A stretch of 60,290 bases of DNA from Candidatus Amesbacteria bacterium GW2011_GWC1_47_15 (GTDB lineage Bacteria > Patescibacteriota > Microgenomatia > CAZETR01 > Amesbacteraceae): the NCBI GenBank assembly GCA_001001375.1, contig LCNU01000015.1, positions 1-60,290 of the forward strand, in the 5' to 3' direction. A program made the translations under genes and the position numbers. Below are positions 51,683 to 59,173 of the stretch, in pieces. The notes beneath the pieces were generated by a model. That model searched no databases. It was not told the origin of the DNA and was given only the letters and a program-made list of their open reading frames with translations. The number at the start of each line of letters is the position of its first letter. Position 1 is the first letter of the stretch.

Positions 51683-52287
51683 TGAGAGTAGCCAAGGCGG
51701 TGGTCAATTTAATTGAGGCTTTTGAGAGACTGCCTGGGATAGGTCCCAAGACTGCCGCGCGTTTGACGTACTATTTATTGCATGTACCGCAAGAGGAACT
51801 GGAGAAATTCGCGGGGGCGCTCACCCATCTGAAAAAAGATACGAAGGAGTGCAGTGTGTGCCACAATATCGCCGAAACTGACCCTTGTGAAATTTGTTTG
51901 GACAGAGGCAGGGAAAAGAATGTTATTTGCGTTGTGGAACAACCTCTGGATGTAGTAGCTATGGAGAGGGGAAACAGATATAAGGGGGTATACCATGTCC
52001 TGCACGGTGTGATAGACCCGATGCATAATATCGGTCCGGAAGAGATCAAGATCGGAGAGTTGATCCAACGATTGAGCGATAAAGAGATCAGGGAGGTGAT
52101 TTTGGCGCTGAATCCTAATATGGAGGGAGAGGCGACATGTTTATACATAAACAGGCAGATACGAAACTTGAATGCTGAAGTACCAAAGGTGACAAGACTG
52201 GCGCACGGGCTACCCGTAGGAGCGGATATCGAGTATGCTGATGAGGTTACATTGACGCGGGCGCTGGAAGGCAGGAGAGATTATTGA
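51682..52287 (+). CDS. recR: recombination protein RecR
   Basis: LPGIGPKTAARL (HhH), the Zn finger CSVCHN...CEIC, and the Toprim block VVEQPLDVVAME. Confidence 0.95.
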   Translation: MRVAKAVVNLIEAFERLPGIGPKTAARLTYYLLHVPQEELEKFAGALTHLKKDTKECSVCHNIAETDPCEICLDRGREKNVICVVEQPLDVVAMERGNRYKGVYHVLHGVIDPMHNIGPEEIKIGELIQRLSDKEIREVILALNPNMEGEATCLYINRQIRNLNAEVPKVTRLAHGLPVGADIEYADEVTLTRALEGRRDY

Positions 52288-52341
52288 GACATTTAAGCAT
52301 TTATCATTTAATTCAACTATTTAATTACTAATTAATTATTT
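52288..52341. repeat. intergenic CATTTA-type ~7-nt periodic array
   Basis: GACATTTAAGCATTTATCATTTAATTCAACTATTTAATTACTAATTAATTATTT fills the whole spacer up to the ATG at 52342. Confidence 0.7.
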
Positions 52342-52755
52342 ATGCAGAAGAATCCATGGGGGAATAATTCCGGCTTTGAGCAGGTGAAGCAAGCCGCGTC
52401 AAGCGCGGCGGCAGTCGTTGTAAAAGATGTAAAAGAAGCGGTGATGCCGCCCAGCGCCCAGGCGACAATAGAGCAGGGTAAGAGCACGAAACAAACTACT
52501 CAAAAACCTAAAGACGACAAACAGCAGCAGCTGGTAGCACAGACCCGGCAGAACCTAGCGAAAATTAACGAAGAAATAAAAAGAGCCAGAGAGATAAGGG
52601 AAAGAAGATATCAGGAAAAAGAGAAAAAGGAAAATGAAGCCAAGCAGGTAGAAGCAGTAAAAAAAGAAGAAAAGAAGAAAGGCCCAAATGTCCTGGAAAG
52701 GATGCTTAAAGGCCGGAAGGGATCCAGGGAAGGTATTCAAAGGACAGGGGGTTAG
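52342..52755 (+). CDS. hypothetical Lys/Glu-rich protein
   Basis: 137-aa ORF with a low-complexity charged C-terminal half. Confidence 0.5.
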   Translation: MQKNPWGNNSGFEQVKQAASSAAAVVVKDVKEAVMPPSAQATIEQGKSTKQTTQKPKDDKQQQLVAQTRQNLAKINEEIKRAREIRERRYQEKEKKENEAKQVEAVKKEEKKKGPNVLERMLKGRKGSREGIQRTGG

Positions 52756-52760
52756 TCAAT

Positions 52761-52896
52761 TTGAAATTTACAATTTTAAGTTATAAAATAGTGACAGTTG
52801 TGAGAAAACTTATTAATGTTTGTTGTCTTTTAGGGCTGGGGTAGTCCGCCTTTGGCGTGATCCTCCGGCAGTCACCCGCTTGTAAGCGGGTTTTTT
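52761..52896 (+). promoter_or_regulatory. promoter + ~105-nt leader/sRNA + intrinsic terminator immediately upstream of the 52903 ORF and cysS
   Basis: The promoter is TTGAAA (52761-52766), 17-nt spacer, TAAAAT (52784-52789). The terminator is ACCCGCT-TGTA-AGCGGGT followed by TTTTTT (52874-52896). The ATG follows at 52903. Confidence 0.4.
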
Positions 52897-52902
52897 AATT
52901 GA

Positions 52903-53133
52903 ATGAAACTCAAATTTTTTTTGTTTGACAGCGCCAGTTATAAATTGGGGGATGAGTATGGCAATGAAGTACTGATGGCGGTGGATTACGCAGTGGGCGA
53001 ATATAAAATAAAGCCCTTAAAAGAAAAAAATAAATTTTTCGCAAAAACCTTGAAAAAAAGAGCGGGAGAAATCGCTGCAGACTTATTGAAAAGGAAACAC
53101 AGAGTTAATTTTTCTGATAGGATTAAGGTGTGA
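52903..53133 (+). CDS. hypothetical small protein
   Basis: 76-aa ORF overlapping the cysS GTG start by 4 nt. Confidence 0.45.
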   Translation: MKLKFFLFDSASYKLGDEYGNEVLMAVDYAVGEYKIKPLKEKNKFFAKTLKKRAGEIAADLLKRKHRVNFSDRIKV

Positions 53134-54575
53134 GAATCTACAATTCTTTAACCCGGCAGATTGAGGAATTTGAACCGCTTGCGGAGGGGAAAGCGGGGAT
53201 GTATACATGCGGGCCTACTGTATACGATTACGCGCATATCGGCCATGCCCGCAAATACGTATATGACGATCTTTTGCGGCGTGTGCTTTCGGCCAACGGA
53301 CTGGAAGTGATGCATGTGCAAAACGTAACGGATGTGGGGCATCTGGTATCCGACGCGGATGAAGGGGAGGACAAACTGGAGAAAGGCGCCAGGGAAATGA
53401 AACGGACCGTCTGGGAGGCAGCTGAGTTTTTTACGCGTGATTTTTATAAGATGGCCGATTCCATGAATATCCTGCGGCCTACCATTACCGCCCGGGCTAC
53501 AGATCATATTAAAGAACAGACAGACCTGATACAAAAGCTGGTGCAAAAAGGGTTTGCTTATGAGACGCCGGAGGCAGTGTATTTTGATGTGGGAAAATTT
53601 CCCCGGTACGGTCTGCTTTTCGGACAAAAACTGGCGGATAAACAGGTAGCAGTGCGGGAGGAAGTGAAAACCGGGGAGCACAAAAGACACCCTGCGGATT
53701 TTGCCCTGTGGTTTAAGCGGGTGGGGCGGTTTGCCGACCACCAGATGCATTGGGAATCACCCTGGGGAGACGGATTCCCCGGTTGGCATATCGAGTGTTC
53801 GGCTATGTCTATGAAATATCTGGGTGAGTCATTTGATATACATACCGGAGGAGAAGACCATCTGCCGGTGCACCACCCCAACGAAATTGCCCAAGCGGAA
53901 GCAGCAACAGGTAAGCTTCTGGCAAGATATTGGGTACACCACGCGTTTTTACTCATAGACGGACAGAAAATGTCTAAAAGTCTGGGTAATTATTACCGAG
54001 TGGAAGATGTGGCCGAGAAGGGATTTGACCCCATGGCCCTGAGGTATCTGTACCTGACTGCGCATTACCGCAGCCCCCAAAATTTTACCTGGTCTGCTTT
54101 GGCGGCGGCGCAGACAGCTTATGACAAACTTAACAAGTTTGTCAAAGATTCAGGATCAAACCCGCCTGCCGGACGGGCAGGGATTCAGGATATAAGAATT
54201 CAGTTATCAAAGGAGAAGGCGAAAAAGCTGGACCAATACAGACTGCGGTTTGAAGAAGCCGTAAACAATGACCTGCAGTTTCCCCGGGCTTTGGCGGTCA
54301 TGTGGGAAATGATGAAAAGCAATATACCGGATTACGACAAGGCGGATGCATTGCGGGACTGGGATGAAATTTTGGGTTTGAGACTGGGGGCATTGAAGAG
54401 TGAGGAGGTGCAAATCCCTGAACAAATAAGGGAGATGTCCCAGAAGCGGGAGATACTGCGCCGGGACGGGAAATTCGTGGAAGCGGATGAATTGAGGGTA
54501 GAGATGGAGAAGTTAGGATGGGGGATTGAAGACGCTGCCAAGGGATCCAGGATAGTCAAGTTAAAGCATATTTAA
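53130..54575 (+). CDS. cysS: cysteine--tRNA ligase
   Basis: 481-aa ORF with a GTG start. It has HIGHAR (HIGH), the Zn-site ECS...H motifs and KMSKSLGN. Confidence 0.95.
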   Translation: MRIYNSLTRQIEEFEPLAEGKAGMYTCGPTVYDYAHIGHARKYVYDDLLRRVLSANGLEVMHVQNVTDVGHLVSDADEGEDKLEKGAREMKRTVWEAAEFFTRDFYKMADSMNILRPTITARATDHIKEQTDLIQKLVQKGFAYETPEAVYFDVGKFPRYGLLFGQKLADKQVAVREEVKTGEHKRHPADFALWFKRVGRFADHQMHWESPWGDGFPGWHIECSAMSMKYLGESFDIHTGGEDHLPVHHPNEIAQAEAATGKLLARYWVHHAFLLIDGQKMSKSLGNYYRVEDVAEKGFDPMALRYLYLTAHYRSPQNFTWSALAAAQTAYDKLNKFVKDSGSNPPAGRAGIQDIRIQLSKEKAKKLDQYRLRFEEAVNNDLQFPRALAVMWEMMKSNIPDYDKADALRDWDEILGLRLGALKSEEVQIPEQIREMSQKREILRRDGKFVEADELRVEMEKLGWGIEDAAKGSRIVKLKHI

Positions 54576-54622
54576 CAATTTAACATTTATCATTTAACAT
54601 TTAGTTTAGACATTTAATATTT
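54576..54622. repeat. intergenic ACATTTA heptad array
   Basis: TAACAATTTAACATTTATCATTTAACATTTAGTTTAGACATTTAATATTT fills the spacer up to the ATG at 54623. Confidence 0.75.
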
Positions 54623-55297
54623 ATGAATTGGCAAAAGAAGTTGGCTTGGGGAATTTTAATTATTGATTTATTGGCGGTGAATGCAGGAGTGGGACACCTT
54701 GTATATAAATCCCAAGCACCAAGCACCAATAATCAAATAATTACCAATAACCAGGAGGAGAAGGGGTGCGGAGAGGAGTGCCTGGCCGCCGTCAGGGAGG
54801 CAGTTGACAATTATCAATTGTCAATCGTCAATTTAAGTGCAACCATCACCGGTACAGTAATTCCGACGGTGAAACCGACTGCCAAGCCGGCGGCCCAACA
54901 GGCAGTGACGGCGACAAATCCAAAGATCAGGAGCGTACAGTATGTGACTATACCCGGAAACGGCAGCACGGTGACTAACGGCTGGACGGTACTTAGCGGG
55001 ACGGAATTTTATTTTGACTTGGGTGATTATCCCGGTTTGAAAGAGATATATTTTGAAGCGAACTTGAAACTTTTTAACGGCAATGGGATAGCCTATGCGC
55101 GGTTGTACGATTCGACTCACGGGATCGGGGTGCAGGGGAGCGAAGTGCAGACTAGTTCCCAGGCAAACACGGTGGTAGAATCCGGAAAATTGTCTTTCTG
55201 GGGAGGAAAGAACCTAATAAAAGTGCAGTCCAGGAGTCTGACGGCGGATACGGCAGTTTACAATTCGGGAAGGCTGAGGATCGTGATGGAGAATTGA
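54623..55297 (+). CDS. membrane-anchored secreted protein, unknown function
   Basis: 224-aa ORF with an N-terminal TM helix and a beta-rich C-terminal domain. Confidence 0.6.
   Translation: MNWQKKLAWGILIIDLLAVNAGVGHLVYKSQAPSTNNQIITNNQEEKGCGEECLAAVREAVDNYQLSIVNLSATITGTVIPTVKPTAKPAAQQAVTATNPKIRSVQYVTIPGNGSTVTNGWTVLSGTEFYFDLGDYPGLKEIYFEANLKLFNGNGIAYARLYDSTHGIGVQGSEVQTSSQANTVVESGKLSFWGGKNLIKVQSRSLTADTAVYNSGRLRIVMEN
54713..54836. repeat. two CAA(T)-heptad runs inside the 54623 ORF
   Basis: The first run is CCAAGCA CCAAGCA CCAATAA TCAAATA (54713-54740). The second is GACAATT ATCAATT GTCAATC GTCAATT (54806-54833). Confidence 0.8.
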
Positions 55298-55335
55298 TAT
55301 TTTACATTTGCATTTGGCATTTAACCTTTATCCGG
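55298..55335. repeat. intergenic CATTT array
   Basis: TATTTTACATTTGCATTTGGCATTTAACCTTTATCC, upstream of the ATG at 55352. Confidence 0.65.
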
Positions 55336-55351
55336 GTGGTAAAATAAGTGT

Positions 55352-56029
55352 ATGATTTCTGCAGTAATTTTTGACTTGGACGGGACGGTATTGGATAACG
55401 AACACATCTGGGAAGAAGTCTTTGCCCAAGTGGTAAACAGCTACCACCTGGAAACCAATAAATTGCTAAGACAGCCGAACGGGTGGCTGCATGAGCCTGG
55501 GATTGGCCTGGTACCGAATTTCAGGCAGTTGGAGCCGGATATCCAAAAAGCCGAAAAACTGGCCCGGGAGACCAGACAGCTATATAAGCAAAGAATTGGG
55601 GAGGTGAAACTGGCAAAGGGAGTGGAAGAGACAGCGGCGCTGGCCAAAAGACTTGGCTGGCTGACAGCACTTTCCACGGCCAGCATCTGGGAGACGGTAG
55701 AGGAGGAACTGGAGGCGACAGAAATGTACCTGGCTTTCGATGTGACCACAACGGGCGAGGAAATTATTGCCAACAAACCCGATCCGGAAATTTATCTGCT
55801 GACCGCCTATAAGCTGGGCGTGGATCCGGCGGAGTGCATTGTGATAGAAGACGCTTTAGCGGGTGTACGGGCTGGAAAAGAAGCCGGGATGACATGCATC
55901 GGGATGGTTTCGGGATATGCGCCGGAAAAAATGTTGACCGGGGCAGGGGCCGGCTGGGCGGTACAGGACATGCGGCAGGCTGCAGGAGTCTTGTCGGATC
56001 TGAGCAGGGTCGGGAGGACAAGTACTTGA
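55352..56029 (+). CDS. HAD-superfamily hydrolase (beta-phosphoglucomutase-like subfamily)
   Basis: VIFDLDGTVLDNE (DxDxT) and later IVIEDALAGVRAGKEAGM. Confidence 0.85.
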   Translation: MISAVIFDLDGTVLDNEHIWEEVFAQVVNSYHLETNKLLRQPNGWLHEPGIGLVPNFRQLEPDIQKAEKLARETRQLYKQRIGEVKLAKGVEETAALAKRLGWLTALSTASIWETVEEELEATEMYLAFDVTTTGEEIIANKPDPEIYLLTAYKLGVDPAECIVIEDALAGVRAGKEAGMTCIGMVSGYAPEKMLTGAGAGWAVQDMRQAAGVLSDLSRVGRTST

Positions 56030-56068
56030 CAGGGGGGGTACAAGTGTTGCTAAACTATAATCTGATAC

Positions 56069-56572
56069 ATGAATGGAATAGCGAAAACTTCATTGATAAT
56101 ATGGTTGGGCGGATTGGTATTGCTGACGATAGTCGCAGCCCTGTTTTTCAAGACATACCTTAATAAAAATAAATCACAGTCTGAGAAGCAGACTGTCGGA
56201 CAGACGGCAGGGGGTCCGAGCAAAGGACAAATCGGATACAGCGAGCCGGAGTCCAAAATATCTGCCGGGACAAAAGAACTGGCAAAAGGCAAGTTCCTAA
56301 AAGTTGAGGAGGACAAGATTTTTTACGATGAAAACGGCATTACGGTAGGCCAACCCCTGACGACGGAGGTAGTAATATCCTGCACAGCACAGGATCTGAC
56401 TCTGGCTGAGGAGCTGGATTTTGACATGGTTTCCCGTAATCATGTATCGACTCCTGCACAGGTGGGAGAAAGGGTACCTGCCGGGGAACCGGTAATGATT
56501 CTGGCCAACCTGGATAAAGGGCAGTACCGATCGCATACAGTGGTAATGAGTGAAAGCAAATGTAATTTCTAA
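56069..56572 (+). CDS. membrane-anchored hypothetical protein
   Basis: 167-aa ORF with an N-terminal TM helix. Confidence 0.55.
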   Translation: MNGIAKTSLIIWLGGLVLLTIVAALFFKTYLNKNKSQSEKQTVGQTAGGPSKGQIGYSEPESKISAGTKELAKGKFLKVEEDKIFYDENGITVGQPLTTEVVISCTAQDLTLAEELDFDMVSRNHVSTPAQVGERVPAGEPVMILANLDKGQYRSHTVVMSESKCNF

Positions 56573-56644
56573 AGGGATACAGTAATCGGATAGCGGGGGA
56601 ATAAAAAGTTAACGACATTAAGCCTGTAATAAGACGTTTTTACG

Positions 56645-56770
56645 TTGACAGCGAGATGTAGTGGTGGTACAATAGTTTTTTAGTGACTGGAAATATATCG
56701 GAACGCAGCATTTTTTCGATGCGGTTTACCGCCGCAGTTTAATAATTACCCCGCCAAGGCGGGGTTTTTT
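56645..56770 (+). promoter_or_regulatory. consensus promoter + ~90-nt leader/sRNA + intrinsic terminator abutting the 56780 start codon
   Basis: The promoter is TTGACA (56645-56650), 17-nt spacer, TACAAT (56668-56673). The terminator is CCCCGCC-AA-GGCGGGG followed by TTTTTT (56749-56770). The ATG at 56780 follows with no clear SD. Confidence 0.5.
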
Positions 56771-56779
56771 CTTGGAAAA

Positions 56780-58570
56780 ATGAAAGAAAAACTGTGGAAC
56801 AAGCTACCAGAAAAGGTAAGAAAAGCAATTTTAATTGCTGAAGGATTGTTGGTTATTAGTTTCCTGGCTGCCTGCCAGGCACAAGGCGAGGGACCTGTTC
56901 AGGTGCTGGTCGTGCCTGAAGGAAACGGGGGGCGGCAGTCCGAATTTGGTCAATTTGACTCACGGAATTCCAATGGCGTGGAGGGGGCGGGAGAAATTTT
57001 AGAGACAATCCGGCAAGGTTGTCAGGACAAATCCGGAGCAACCTCCATAGATCCCAGGGTAGTAATGGGAAAAATTGACGGTAGTCAATTTACTGATGCT
57101 TTGTGTAAAACGGAAAAGGGAGCCTTTATGCTGGTCAGATCCAAAAACTCCGGCAACGGACCTGAGGGTGAGCAAGTTAACCAGTATCTGGAGGCGAAAT
57201 TTAAATTCGATTCCGAGGATCCCAATAAAATAGAGGAGGTAATTTGGAGTTATATGAAAGCTGGCGGAGGGAGAGAAGTGGTGGCTGAGTATAATCCTGA
57301 AAGTAATATTGCAACCTGGAATTTTAAAGGGGCGAGTATGGATTTTGTGCCGCAGAGCGACGATATTTTTCAAGACTGGCTCGGGGGAAGCGGCGTGGCT
57401 CAGGCGGCGGAACCGGCAGCGACGGAAGTACCTTTGCCCACTCCGGTACCCACGGAAATACCGGTACTCTTGCCGGACATTAGTGTCCGACCGGAGAACC
57501 CGTACACGGTGGAATATGCCAACGGAGTAACTTTGGAGCAAGTGAGAAATTGGGATAAGGGAAAACAGCTGGAAAATGCACCCCGGTTGGACCCTTCGTG
57601 GTTTTTTGGTATGGAAAAAACCGGAAGCCTGGAAGCAAAAGCAGTCTTACAAGTGGCGGATTTCAATAAGATAATGTATTACGATCCCGAAGATAAGCTG
57701 CAAATGTGGGTGGATATGGAAACAGGTCAGGTGGAACATGTTTTTATTAGTGAAGCGGAGGAAAACGGAATGAAGGTGACTGTATATGTTCCCACAGACA
57801 ACAGCCTGACAAATAAAGAAAACAGGTCTTTTTGGTGGGACAGATCCGAAGAATACGATGGTATCACCGCCGATATGATCAGAAAATATGTCGTACCTTG
57901 GCTGAATCTGTATTACAACCGATACGAAAAATTGACCGGATATGGCTTTGATAATATGCCATTTAAACTAACTAATATGTCGCATGACCAAGTTGACAGA
58001 TTAAGAAAAGAGGCAGAGGGAATTTTAAAGAATGATTTGGATGAATTCGGCTCCATCGGCATAGATCTGATACCGGGGAGCAGGGTACAATTTTCCGACG
58101 ATCAGGTATTGGTGATCAGACCGTTTAAGGCAAGTCCGGGAGGGATGTGGACTTATGGAGACCAATGGCGGACAGAATGGAACGATACGGTAATATCTCA
58201 AACAGAGGACGGTACCATAATTATTAAAGAAAAGATGGATAATTGGTGGTTAAGTCAAGGTAGTGAATGGGGGCAGGAACCCATTGGAGGCTGGATGATG
58301 GGATTGCTGGCGGAGATGATGCCTGCCGGTGCAGGGGGGGGAACATTTATTAACGAAACAGGTAATTTTTATACCGATCAACGTACGTCAAACCAAATGT
58401 TCTACGAATTTTGCGGCGATAAACTGGAAAACGGGATGAAGAATCTTGGTTCCAGGGACAACGGCAGATTCGGAATATTATACGAGAAACGGTTTGTGCC
58501 GCTTTTTGACGTATTCGGAGGACCGGGAGCCTGGAATTTCCGCTGCGGGGTGGAAATGGTTAATAAGTAA
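56780..58570 (+). CDS. large putative lipoprotein, unknown function
   Basis: 596-aa ORF with the signal peptide and lipobox LVISFLAAC. Confidence 0.7.
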   Translation: MKEKLWNKLPEKVRKAILIAEGLLVISFLAACQAQGEGPVQVLVVPEGNGGRQSEFGQFDSRNSNGVEGAGEILETIRQGCQDKSGATSIDPRVVMGKIDGSQFTDALCKTEKGAFMLVRSKNSGNGPEGEQVNQYLEAKFKFDSEDPNKIEEVIWSYMKAGGGREVVAEYNPESNIATWNFKGASMDFVPQSDDIFQDWLGGSGVAQAAEPAATEVPLPTPVPTEIPVLLPDISVRPENPYTVEYANGVTLEQVRNWDKGKQLENAPRLDPSWFFGMEKTGSLEAKAVLQVADFNKIMYYDPEDKLQMWVDMETGQVEHVFISEAEENGMKVTVYVPTDNSLTNKENRSFWWDRSEEYDGITADMIRKYVVPWLNLYYNRYEKLTGYGFDNMPFKLTNMSHDQVDRLRKEAEGILKNDLDEFGSIGIDLIPGSRVQFSDDQVLVIRPFKASPGGMWTYGDQWRTEWNDTVISQTEDGTIIIKEKMDNWWLSQGSEWGQEPIGGWMMGLLAEMMPAGAGGGTFINETGNFYTDQRTSNQMFYEFCGDKLENGMKNLGSRDNGRFGILYEKRFVPLFDVFGGPGAWNFRCGVEMVNK

Positions 58571-58609
58571 TTGACTGACGTCGATAAACGGTGATAACCT
58601 GAATATAGA

Positions 58610-59173
58610 ATGGCCGTCAAAGGATGGATTGGTTTTGTTGCTGTATTTGCGGGTGTTTTATTGGCTATGGGAGCGGGATTTTTTTATTGGAAAATATCAG
58701 GTAACCGGAAGTGTGAAGTAGAACTAGTCTCTGAATCCAAAGTGATCAAAGTGGAGGTGGTGGATAAAGAGAAGTTTTATAAGTTTATTACTGATTACAT
58801 CCCATGTGAGAGAGGGTATTTTACCGCAGGGTATCCGGTGAATATAGAAGGACCGTACAAACTGAGAAAAATCGTCTGGAATTTCACCGATCTGCCCCAA
58901 AAAAGCCGTGTAAGACCCAACGCATCGGAGGAGCCGATGATGTCCTTTGATTATGAATTTTTTCCGGATGAAAAATACGTAAATGTAAACGCCCAAATTG
59001 AAGAAGAATATATGTCCTGGGAACATTTTTCCAGGCACTTGGCGTATTTTATTGCATCACGCGCCGACAGCATGTACAAATTCAACGACAGGGAAGAATG
59101 GATTACCGGCAAGCAGGATGATTATAAATTTCGGGCCGAAGAAATAGGATTAAGTTACCAGGCGGTCCTATGA
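58610..59173 (+). CDS. membrane-anchored hypothetical protein
   Basis: 187-aa ORF with an N-terminal TM helix. Confidence 0.55.
   Translation: MAVKGWIGFVAVFAGVLLAMGAGFFYWKISGNRKCEVELVSESKVIKVEVVDKEKFYKFITDYIPCERGYFTAGYPVNIEGPYKLRKIVWNFTDLPQKSRVRPNASEEPMMSFDYEFFPDEKYVNVNAQIEEEYMSWEHFSRHLAYFIASRADSMYKFNDREEWITGKQDDYKFRAEEIGLSYQAVL

Noticed and set aside
52790-52896. T-box riboswitch upstream of cysS.
   Set aside because: The leader is only about 105 nt with no Stem I or specifier loop. The putative T-box core, AGGGCTGGGGTAGTCCGCC, matches the AGGGTGGNACCGCG consensus only loosely.
21161-54836. CAAT/CATTTA repeats as a CRISPR array or as ordinary microsatellites.
   Set aside because: The units are 7 nt, contiguous and without spacers, and they are scattered inside ORFs. 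No cas genes are present, so this is not CRISPR. They are retained as a finding of a different kind.
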